Shown one piece after another: positions 1 to 10,976 of a DNA stretch of 64,000 nucleotides. How positions within the stretch are numbered: position 1 is the stretch's first letter; each line of letters begins with the position of its first letter. A model generated the notes under the pieces. It saw only the letters and a program-made list of their open reading frames with translations. It made no database searches and was not told the DNA's origin. The stretch covers positions 16,003,389 through 16,067,388 of the forward strand of contig NC_068984.1 of the NCBI RefSeq assembly GCF_001194135.2, in the 5' to 3' direction. The DNA comes from Octopus bimaculoides. Its lineage: Eukaryota. A program made the position numbers and the translations under genes.

Positions 1-463
1 CCAGGTTTCAGAACTATCTGGGAGAGTTTATACATACGTTATACACCAGAAATTTAGTTGTCTCAGATCACACATTTCATATACCTGTCATCTCAGACAA
101 ACAGGGTATGCTAGTATATTTTATTAGTGGTTGGGTCTCTTCATCAATAGCTGCATTCTGTGATTGATAGCTACCCAGATATTGGAAGTGCTCAACATTT
201 TCCATCATCGTCCACATCATTGACTAGCTGAACTAGGTTCCTGCCTGTTGGCTGTTTGGAGATGCAAGATCATAGCTTTATTTATGTTGAAAGTTTGACC
301 TATGCTTTCATATGTGTGGAGAAGATATTGTCTGTAGCTCTTTTTCTGAAGGTACACAAACTGTGACATCTGTGAACTAAAGTTCAAATAATCAAAGTAG
401 TCATGGGCTTTGTTGTGGAGAATGCCAGAGTTAAATGACTTGCTTACTTTGCAGTATGAAATT

Positions 464-870
464 CATCATCATCATCATCATCGTTTAACGTCCGCTTTCC
501 ATGCTAGCATGGGTTGGACGATTTGACTGAGGACTGGTGAAACTAGATGGCTACACCAGGCTCCAATCTGATTTGGCAGAGTTTCTACAGCTGGATGCCC
601 TTCCTAACGCCAACCACTCTGAGAGTGTAGTGGGTGCTTTTACGTGCCACCGGCACGAAGGCCAGTCAGGCTGTACTGGCAACGGCCACACTCAAAATGG
701 TGTATTTTATGTGCCACCTACACAGGAGCCAGTCCAGCGGCACTGGCAACGATCTCGCTTGAAAGTCTTTACACATGCCACGGGCACAAGTGCCAGAAAG
801 GCAGCGGTGGGCACAGGTGCCATCACGATTTCGCTTTTGCTTGCCCTAGCAGGTCTTTGCAAGCCGAGTT
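464..870 (-). mobile_element. SINE-like retroposon family A ((GAT)n tail, internal ~66-bp units)
   Basis: Core GAGTGGTTGGCGTTAGGAAGGGCATCCAGCTGTAGAAAC...CCAACCCATGCTAGCATGGAAAGCGGACGTTAAACGATGATGAT. About 20 copies or fragments in the window, e.g. 5690-5840, 7260-7515, 9000-9150, 11680-11890, 19660-19860, 22730-22900, 28090-28280, 41400-41570. Confidence 0.85.
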
Positions 871-1504
871 TTGTGTCCAATGAAGGAGACTTGCCCATAG
901 TGGGCTTGAAGTATTAGGGCAATTGTGCACTCTTGTCTTACTCCATTTCTCATCATTTAGCACCTGTTTTCCATGCTGGCATGGGCTGGACTCTTTCACT
1001 GGAGCTGATAAGGCTGGGAACTACACCAGGTTTCAAAGTCTGTTTTGGCTTGGTTTCTGCAGCTGGATGCCCTTCCCAACATCAACTGCTTTATAGTGTA
1101 CTGACTGGGTGCTTCTTTGTGACATCAGCACAGGCAGTCACTAAGCAACTTGCCAGACAAAACTGCTTGGCTGGAGGGAGGAGGAGTAGTATTTAGGCAG
1201 GGGTGGCTTTGTGCCAGTTGAGAGATTAAAGGTATAGAGGGACAAGGATAGGTGTCTTGCTGTGGAGTAGATACATGGATGCCCCAGTTAGAAGCATTGC
1301 ACTTCAGCTTTCCTGTCATGCAGAAGTTGCTGGATTGTGATGAGTTTTTGTGAGCATCCCATGTTTGGCTAGCACATTTCACAGGGCTTCAGATTTACAG
1401 CATCAAAGAAAGCCATGTGTAATGGTTTGTGTTGCTCATGTCATTTCTCCCATAGCTGGTGTGCACAGAACACCAGATGAGTAATAGTTCTGAAAAGTTC
1501 TAAA

Positions 1505-1900
1505 CTAGATTTGAACTAGAGATTCTCTGATAATGGGATGAGATGGTTGAGCAGGATTCGAACCAGAATTTTTCCAAGTATTTGACAAAAGTGAGAGTTG
1601 TCTGGACTTGCCACATTCTAATTTGTTTTCTTTCTTGAAGATAGTAGGAATGGTTGCATCTTTGAGGTTGTTTGTTGTTAGTGCTTCAGTTATCAAATCC
1701 TGTCAAATTTGATTGTCTCAACTTTTAGCAAAAAATTGCTTTCTTTCTTGGTTTCTGCAATGTCAGATGGTGCAGCTAGGTTGTTCATCATTTGGTCTTT
1801 GTTTGATGCTGTCTACAGATCTTTTATTTGTTGCACACTCTGCTCCTGCCTCTTTCTCTCATATTTTATCCCTATTCACCTTGCATAAAGTTCCTTCTCT
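1505..1900 (-). mobile_element. Decayed RTE-clade LINE ORF2 fragment
   Basis: DATIPTIFKKENKLECGKSRQLSLLSNTWK resembles the RTE RT motif DATIVTIFKK..CGNYRGISLLS..GK. Confidence 0.7.
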
Positions 1901-2103
1901 CTTCATGAGGTTTGTAGTTTTGCAAGCTGTGTGGTGACTTCACTTGTGCTGGTGGCATGAGAAAAAAGTACCCAGTACATACTGCTTGTATTTGCTGGCA
2001 AACTTTCTTTTTGTACACATTACTCTTGTCATTTTGGTAAACGTGAAAAGCTGCTCACTTTCTTTTGATCACTGGGTAAGGTGTTGTATGTGTGAAACCA
2101 GTC

Positions 2104-2326
2104 TTAGTGTGAGGTGATTGGAAGAGGTTTGAATACAACAAGGGTAAAGAGAGGTGGAGAGACAAATGGCGGGTGTCTTGTGGTGAAGGCTTGTGACAAG
2201 CCTGTACTGAGGAATAGTGATAGAAAAGTCAGACAGGTGACAGCATGCTTGTGAACTAGAGGTTGGAGTATGTCTATGAGTGATTTAATACCAGTTATTT
2301 GAGTGAGCCTTCTCTGGATGCTGTCC

Positions 2327-2357
<31 letters not shown>

Positions 2358-2395
2358 AGCAACAATACTGTTCCAGATGTGGGAGCAGCACTCAG
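2104..2395 (-). mobile_element. Probable CR1/L2-type LINE fragment
   Basis: LDSIQRRLTQITGIKSL resembles LE.VQRRATK.I.GL. Confidence 0.45.
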
Positions 2396-2464
2396 TTTCT
2401 TTTCAAAATCCCTTTGCTACACCACCAAAAACACTGCCAATAAGTTGATTATATTTAAAAGACT

Positions 2465-2918
2465 ATATTGCATATAGTCCGCCCTTGAATATAATACGCA
2501 GGGGATTTTTAGGGGGCTGTACCTCTGAAAAACCTAAACCTTGTGTATAATATGCACCCCTTCTCTAACTTGAGTCAAGGAGGTCTAGATAACGTCCTTG
2601 GTTTGTAAACGTATATACGGTAACGTCCTTTATTATTATTGTATATATAACATAATGCAAGCGTGTAGCTTTTTTGTGCACTTTGAAAATAAAGAAATAA
2701 CAGTAATAACATCAGTGAAAAATAAATATAGCTTAAGGTATTTTCGCACCCGACATCACAAGATACGTCTGAATAAACATTGCCGGACAGCAAATAGAGA
2801 CTCGGACATTGCTTAGAAAATATTTTTCATTTTTAACCTCGTATATAGTACACACTAGGGATTTTGACCTTTAAATTTTGGGAAGAAAATGCGGATTATA
2901 CTCGAGGATTTATGGTAA
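2465..2918. mobile_element. Possible Tc1/pogo-type MITE remnant
   Basis: Right end AAAATGCGGATTATACTCGAGGATTTATGGTA; partial inverted match CTTGAATATAATACGCA near 2485. Confidence 0.4.
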
Positions 2919-3596
2919 ATCATTTTCTTCAATATATTATATGGAATGTCAAAATATTTCAACTGCTAGAAATTACCAGATGGTGGTAGTGTTGTTTTTC
3001 TACACTTCATAGGTTTGGTGGTCTGCCAGCATTTGGCGATGTTCCTTGAGGTAGTGTTGGTTGTATTTTGCATGAATGGAAAATTCAGGTGAAAGCTTTA
3101 CTAATGTTGAATCAAGTTAGAATGGTATTTGTGGGAGTTTTTCTGTTGTTGAAGCCAACATGTATTTTCTGTGTTACGAATTAATATTGTGGTTGAGTGT
3201 TAGGGTATGAATCAGTATTAATTTTTTTCCTTCACATCTACATTCCAAAATTTGCAGTTTTTTGTATATTATTATGTGTTTGGTTTCTTTTTGCAATAAA
3301 TTAAATGTTTTTTCATTAGTGAGAGGAGAACATTTAGTATTCTACTTGAACCACATACAAATTAGAATTTCTCTGACAATGTAAAGTGTGTGTGTGTCTG
3401 AAGGCAGATGTGGCTTTGTGGTTAAGAAGCTTGCTTCCCATTCATAAGAACTTAGGTTCAGTCCCACTGTATAGAACCTTGGGAAGTATCTACTATAATC
3501 TCAGGTTGACCAAATCCCTTTGGTAAACTGAAACTGAGAGAAGCCTGTCATAATAATCATCATCATCGTTTTACGTCCGTGTTCCATGCTAGCATG

Positions 3597-3651
<55 letters not shown>

Positions 3652-5049
3652 ATGTGTGCACACCTTTATGTGTATGCACAGAGCAGAATCTTAGACAAAT
3701 GTCTTCTACTGTAGCCTCAGGCTGACCAATGCTTTGTGAGTGAATTTGATCGGTGGAAACTATGTGGAAGTTCATTCTATATATATGTGTGTGTGTGTGT
3801 GTGTCTGCTCTTGCACTGCTTAGCAATCAGTGTTGGTCTGTTTACAAACCCGTAACTTAGTGGTTCAGTAAAAGAAACCAATAAAATAAGTATCTGACTT
3901 AACAAAAGAAGAAAAAAAAAAACATACAGGGTTTAATATGTTCATCTAAACCCTTCAAGGTGGAACCCTTCAAGGTGGTACCCCCTCATGACTGCAGTCC
4001 ATTGACTGAAACAAATCGATGATAAGCTGGATAGAACTGCAAAAGAATTATCAACTTTATACATCAGTTTTCATTTTCTGTTCACTACAAACCAACTGTT
4101 GATGTTGACCATTCTTTTCAAGTCATCTTTTTCTCACTTTCCTATCTACCATCTATTATAAGTTCACAGAACCTCAATAAATCACTTCCCATCCATTCTC
4201 ATTAAATGTCATTCTTACTCAAGTGTTTTCTTTTAGCAATATTATTTGATATGTCTAAATGTTAATTTGTACTCAACCTACCATTTGGCTTTCATAGTAT
4301 GTTGTAAAGATTGTAATTATTTTATTCTTCGTCATTGCAAATATTCTACTATTGTCTCTAAACTTGTCCTCAGATGCTTCTGTTTTTGAATCTTAGAATT
4401 GTAAACAATTGAGAACTTATTAAAATTCTTCATTTTTGTATCTGTTGCTAATCTTTTTTAACATTATATTGCATAGTATATATCAATATATATGTATATA
4501 GGAAGGCGGTGAGCTAGCAGAATCGTTAGCCATCCAGGCAAAATGCTTAGCAGCTTTTCCATCCATCTTTATGTTCTGACTTCAAATTCCACTGAAGTTG
4601 ACTTTGCCTTTCACCCTTTTGAGCTCGTCAAAATAAGTACTAGTTGAGCCCTGGGGTCAGTGTAATCGACTTAGCCCTCCCTTGAAATTACTGGCCTTGT
4701 GGAAGAGGTAGACCCAGGAAGACCTGGAACGAGATAGAGAAGCATGATCTTCGAATGTTGAGTTTCATGGAGTTGATGACAAGTGACCGAGACCTTTGGT
4801 AATATGCTGTGTTTGAGAGGACTTGTCAAACCAAGTGAAATTGTAGTTGTGGCTGTTGGAGGTATCATGCAAATGGCACTCATGAAATTGTAATCGTGAC
4901 TGTTGCTGGTAGCATGATCTTTGATTGGTGGGCTTCACGGATGACAAGAGACTGAGACCATTTGCAATATGCTGTGCTGAGGAGACTCGTTAAGCTATGT
5001 GGAACTGTAGCCATGGCCATTGCTGATGTCATGTAAATAGTACCTATGC

Positions 5050-5685
5050 TGGTGGCTTTTTTTGTCTTCTTGTCAGTTGAAAAAATTCGCTAGAAAATGG
5101 CGTGCGACTGGTAAAGTCCTGTTTTCACGGGGGCAATTCAAACGTGGCAGCAGACAGAATGATGACTGGCAGTTCAGTGGAGTCTTCTGGTGCACTGCAG
5201 CTTCTTTCGGTTGCCGGAAATTCTTCACTCGGGGGTCACCATTTGTAATGGGAGGCAAGGTTCTCGATATCGGTTGAATATCGCCTTCTCTCATTAATTT
5301 CTTGTTCTTAGTGTTAAGGCTCCAGCAGGTGAGGAAACAAGTCTGAGGTAAAGCGCAGGTTCTCAAACAGTTTTATTTACACAATACACAAAGGTGAAAG
5401 TGCGTTGCTCTCTGCAGCCATCTCATGCGGTGTGAGTTCATCATTCTCTGTTACGCGGGCCCATTGCCTCAGGAGATGTGACGAGCGGATTAGCCTAGAG
5501 GCCCAGCCAGTGAAGTGTGCTCTGCAAGCGGTCACAGGGAAAAAGATCGAATCTGGTTGCTTGGCTGTTTTATCCAGTTTGCCATCACGAGCCTCGTTGT
5601 GATCTCGCGCATGGCAAATGGATGCAGGTGAGATCTCGCTCCAATCTCGGAGATGGCAATGGCTGCCGTGAGATCTCATCCAACA
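5050..5685 (-). mobile_element. Gypsy-like LTR (5685-5244) with PBS and decayed gag start
   Basis: TGTTGG...ATTACA termini, internal AATAAA (5372-5377), then AA-TGGTGACCCCCGAGTGA (tRNA-Trp-like PBS, 5241-5225), then SAATFELPP* resembling Gypsy gag AVSLKLPP. Confidence 0.6.
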
Positions 5686-6288
5686 TGGTGCTGACTGCTT
5701 GTACTGCTACACACTCTTGGAGGGGTTGGCGTTAGGAAGAGTATCCAGCTGTAGAAATCAAGCAAAATCAGACTGGAACCTGTTCCAGTCAAACCGTCTA
5801 ATCCATGCCAGCATTGAATGTGGATGTTAAAGGATGATGATAATGACAGAACTTTAAAGTAAATAACCAACTCAGTGTTGCAGCCAATTTAGTTATGTCT
5901 CTACCGACTTTTATAATCAGAACTACTTCTAAGATCTAAATTTCAGGACATCATACCAACAAAAAAAGATAAGGTAGATATGAATACCACAAGCAATTTG
6001 TTTTTGTCACTACTTCATTGTGACTTTTCCATCCATCCATCCATCAATTAATCATTATTATCCATTTTTATTGCCAAGAACACTAAAATAACTAGAAGAA
6101 GGATATCTTGCCAGTAGATACAAAATATTTTACAGTGTTCTTATATATATATATGTGTGTGTGTGTGAAAGGCAGTGTTTAATTTCCATCTTCAAAAAGA
6201 AAATCTAAATCTACATTTTTTTGATGTTTAGATTAATTTGATGTTTCTGGTTTGGAATGGAAAGTATTTAGATCTCAGCAGAGTTGTG

Positions 6289-7254
6289 TCATCAACCAAG
6301 CTTATCATTGACGTAGAATACTTTAACAAGAGACCATCCATGAATGAGCAATTAATGATGTATTTTAACCCATCAAAATATTAAGTCTTGTGTTATGAAC
6401 AGAAAACAATACAAAATTGCTTTCTTTATACCAAACAAGGAAGCTGTCCAAAATACACTATAATTGATATGTAGTTATGTCTATGAATTTGTTTTGCTCT
6501 AATTATGTTCACAGGCTGTGAACTAATTGCTGAGAGTTATGTGGCAGAATACCAAGGAATTATTCTCTACAAGAAACCCAGCAATGATGCTAACATTTTA
6601 AAAATTACTTTGTTAGACTACACTTTTGGTCTTCATATTAAACTAACAGGAAAGAATATGAACATTCTTTTCAAAGATAACCGATGTCTTGTATGAATTA
6701 TTAGGAATTTCCTTGAGTATTGTTGTGCTTATCCTTTCATGCTGAAGAGCATGATGTCACTCAAGGAAGTGACAGCTCTTAGCATTTCTTGGAGGCCAAA
6801 GTTTGATATGAAACTTTCCTCCCACCAAAAAACCATCTGTATTCTTTCATTGGCAGCCAATATTTTATATATGTATGTATATCGGAGTGGTTGGCATTAG
6901 GAAGGGCATCCAGCTGTAGAAACATTGCCAAATCAAATTGGAGCCTGGTGTAGCATCATTGCTGGGTTTCCTGTAGAGAATAATTGCTTGGTATTCTGCC
7001 ACATAACTCTCAGCAATTAGTTCACAGCCTGTGAACAAAATTAGAGCAAAACAAATTCATAGACATAACTACATATCAATTATAGTGTATTTTGGACAAC
7101 TTCCTTATTTGGTATAAAGAAAGCAATTTTGTATTGTTTTCGGTTCATAACACAACACTTAATATTTTGATGGGTTAAAGTACATCATTAATTGCTCATT
7201 CATGGATGGTCTCTTGTTAAAGTATTCTACGTCAATGATAAGCTTGGTTGATGA
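6289..7254. repeat. 304-bp inverted duplication (6289-6592 and 6951-7254)
   Basis: Arms are reverse complements with about 8 mismatches by manual comparison. Confidence 0.92.
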
Positions 7255-7514
7255 TGATATATACCAGGCTCCAACCTGATCTGGCCATGTTTCTACAGCT
7301 GGATGCCCTTCCTAATGCCAACCACTCCAAAAGTGTAGTGGGTGCTTTTTATGTGCCACCAGCATAGGAACCAGTCATGCGGGCCTGACATCAATCATGT
7401 TTGGATAGTGCTTGTTACATGCCACCGGTACGGGGGCCAGTCAGGGGGTACTGGCAACGGCTACGTTCAGATGGTGCTTTTTATGTGTCACCAGCACGGG
7501 GGCAAGTCAGGCGG

Positions 7515-7546
<32 letters not shown>

Positions 7547-7550
7547 CATA

Positions 7551-7902
7551 CTAGCAGAGACACCAGGTGTTGCTCGGGATTAAAATGGCATAATTTGTAT
7601 ATAATATATTACAGTTATGTTGAAACAGGTGATATGGNNNNNNNNNNAAAAGACAATGTGTTTAGCACACCAATTTGGACAGAGTTATTATTTTTGTAAG
7701 AAGGGATGGATCATATCTGAAAACAGCTTCAGGAGTTGTGAAGAACGAATTTGTATGTAGTCTGTTTCTGAGAGCTATTCTATTGGAATGCCCAGCTCTC
7801 TCATGTATCCATGTTTAAAATTTCAATGAAATTGCATGAACAATACTTGAGTTATAAGCGCACAAACGGACAGACAGACGAAACGGATTTTATATGTTAA
7901 GA
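7551..7902 (-). mobile_element. Non-autonomous Helitron
   Basis: Minus strand A|TCTTAACATATAAAATCCGTTTCGTCTGTCTGTCC...CCCGAGCAACACCTGG (degenerate hairpin) TGTCTCTG CTAG|T. Confidence 0.7.
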
Positions 7903-8466
7903 TATCAAAAATAAGCAACAGGATATCAAGAAGTGACACAGTAAGACTGTTTCAGGCAGCTCCATTTAATTGAACAATGCAATCATTACGTCATTTTAAA
8001 TGCAGTGCTATCATCAGCTGCACAAATAAACAGAATATTAACTAGTTGGACACATTAATATAATTTTTCTCAAATACTTTAACAGAGCAAGAAGATGGAA
8101 GAAATCCATGTTGTCACTATTGTAGTTAAGAATAGACTACACTTCCAAGAATGGCATGAGGTCTACTGGGGTCATAGCTTGTAAAGGATTGTGGTTCATT
8201 TCTAATTTATTTGTCTTTTTATCAAATACTAAATCTAAGACTAGAGGACTGTGTCTGTTTGGAATGAAGGGCAAGAGTGAGTTGACAGGTCATGGCTAAG
8301 TATGGTCATAAATATTGTCATATATATCCTTTTTCCTCAGGGAGGGAAGAAGACATTCGGAGTAGTAAGATGGATATAGAGTAACTGTCTATAAAAGGAG
8401 GCTGGGCACAGGAAGATTCTAAATCATGATGTTAATTACCAGTTAAAGGGGATGATGCTAATAAGA

Positions 8467-8570
<104 letters not shown>

Positions 8571-9682
8571 TAGTTTGGAAAATTTGGTATTAAACTTTGA
8601 CTCCCAAGAAATGCTTAGTTCTGTTGGTTCATTAAATGATTTTCTTTCATCTATTCATACCAAAGGTACTTAGAATGCAACTCTTAATGCAAAAGACTTG
8701 TTATAGCCAAAGTTGAAAAAAAAAAAAATAAAAGTTCATAATCTTTCTAAGCTCGTCATATTGCAATAAATAAATATGGCCAGACGTTATGTGTGAAAAG
8801 TGTCAGTAGCAATGACGGAGGACAATCGGCACTGTAGTCAGTGTATCAGTACGACTATTTTTAATGTCTTTTAGATAGACAAAAGAACTAGAGCTATTAT
8901 GAACCATTAAGAATTTACTGTTAGTGATATATTTGGAATAAATTTTTTCAACTTTGAGAGGGTTCATGTCCTTCAACTTTCCAGTACACTCTGTTAAGTA
9001 TTTGACATTAGAAAAGGTATCCAGCTGGAGAAACCATGCCAAAGCAGACAGCAGAGCTTGGTGCAGTCTTCTGACTTGCCGGTTCCTGTCAAACCGTCCT
9101 ACCCATTCCAGTATGGAAAACGGACGTTAAATAATGATGGTGATGATAATGATGGAGAATGTATGTTTTCACACAATTTTGAAATGGAATTAAAATTCAA
9201 ATAATTGACTGTACAACGACTCTGCTTCATTTGGTTTAAGCAATCATAAGAGACATATCGTAACAGATAATTTCTTTTTTCCTTTCCTCATTTGTATAAA
9301 CGTATTTTTGTCACAAGCAGACGATTCCAGTGTTTAAAATGGTGACGTCGTTAGGCACCCTTTTACTGTAATACAATTCTTAGGCTGATATTGTAAATAG
9401 AAATTGAAAGAGAGGAATTGAATGGGTAAAAAGAGCAAAGAATTTAGTAGTTTCTCTGAATTGTGTTTAAAAGAATTGGCTTTAAGAAATGTAACTCTCG
9501 ATAACACACATGTATTATCTCCCTTGAAGTGATTCTATGCTAGTAAGAGGAAGTCTCGAAGTTAAGAAAACAGTTGTAGATGTGTGTTCGTGGCTACTTC
9601 GTACTCCCTCGAGCATTTCGTTGTGTCCGTTCCTGGATATGTAGTTTTAATTATTACTTGTATGATATATATAGTGAAGATG

Positions 9683-10012
9683 CATGGCTCGGTGGTTAGA
9701 GCATCGAACTTACGATCGTGAGGTTGAGAGTTCGATTCCCGGACCGGGTTGCGTGTTGTGTTCTTGAGCAAGACACTTTATTTCACGTTGCTCCAGTTAA
9801 CTCAGCTGTAGAAATAAGTTGTGACATCACTGGTACCAAGCTGTATCGTCTCCTTTGCTTTTCCCTTGGATAACATCAGTAGTGTGGAGAGGGGAGGCTG
9901 GTATGCATAGGCGACTGCTAGCCTTCCACAAACAACCTTGCTCAGACTTGTGCCTGGGAGGGTAACTTTCTAGGTGGAATCCCATGGTCATTCATGACCG
10001 AAGCGGGGTCTC
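9683..10012 (+). mobile_element. tRNA-derived SINE family D (same head as E, different tail)
   Basis: GGCTCGGTGGTTAGAGC...GAGTTCGATTCCC...TTCTTGAGCAAGACACTT; the tail matches the reverse copy at 42460-42790. Confidence 0.8.
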
Positions 10013-10830
10013 CTTGTATAATATAGAGGCCTGCTTAATATTTATTTATGATTATTTTATTTATTGACTTTTATGTAGCAGTCCCCGAAAACTTAACTGA
10101 AAACTTGCTTATTCTATACAAATCCATTTGTTAATTTTGGCTGTTCTATTGGAGAGTAAGTAAACAAAGTTGAACGAGAGAGAGAGAGAGAGCTCTTGTA
10201 AAATTATATTTTATATTTTAAAATTTTTACAAAAATTACAGATTGGGGCATTTTATTTTGTAATGAAATTAATTCTATGCATTAAGATCCCTGCCCTTTT
10301 TTTGTCAGTGAAAAAATATTTTCAGTTATTATGCAAGACTGCTGGGATTTCAATTCAATTCATTACTATTTTTTAATATTCCCTCGTCTTTCTCCCTGCA
10401 AATTTGTAAGCACCTAATGTAGCTAATTGTGTCATGTTGCCAAATTGTAGAGAGATTTTACATTAAATTAAAAACTCAAACTTTCACTAAACCTTATTAA
10501 ATACAACCTTGAATATTAATCTAGAAAAAATTATAAATTTGGGAAGGTATTAAGCTTCCAAAATTACCTGTTCCAAATAACATGTTAGATCTAAGATTTG
10601 TTCAGTTAACATAATTATCTTAGGAATTCATGGATTAACAACACTAATTATGTTAAACAATGTATAATTATGGTATGATTAATATAGTGATCTAATGTAC
10701 AATTTGACTAGGCTGAGAACAATGAATATAGTTTATCAATTAATATATGTGAAAACTGAAATATTTATAAAATCTTTACTGAGGTTGTTATTTCATGTTG
10801 TTGATTAATTATAATCTGTTTTCGTTTCAG

Positions 10831-10892
10831 AGGAGAAAATCCTGAAGTGACTGGTGTAATTTGCACTGACCAACATGGTCTCTGTCTTGGAG
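10831..10892 (+). CDS. LAMTOR5: LAMTOR5 exon 2 (62 nt, phase 2 to 1)
   Basis: tttcag|A GGA GAA AAT...CTT GGA G|gtaagt; GENPEVTGVICTDQHGLCLG. Confidence 0.93.
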
Positions 10893-10926
10893 GTAAGTCC
10901 CATCCCTCATTCTCATCCTACTTCTG

Positions 10927-10976
<50 letters not shown>

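Noticed and set aside
537-917. 126-aa ORF and similar [12 protein letters not shown] / [12 protein letters not shown] ORFs throughout
   Set aside because: These are translations of the non-coding family A repeat; the same peptides recur at many copies on both strands.
9683-9760. tRNA-like sequences at SINE heads
   Set aside because: They lack a complete cloverleaf and run straight into SINE bodies; no intact tRNA gene was found.
10141-10161. GGAGA|GTAAGT donor as LAMTOR5 exon 1
   Set aside because: The frame needed to join exon 2 has an upstream stop and no ATG.
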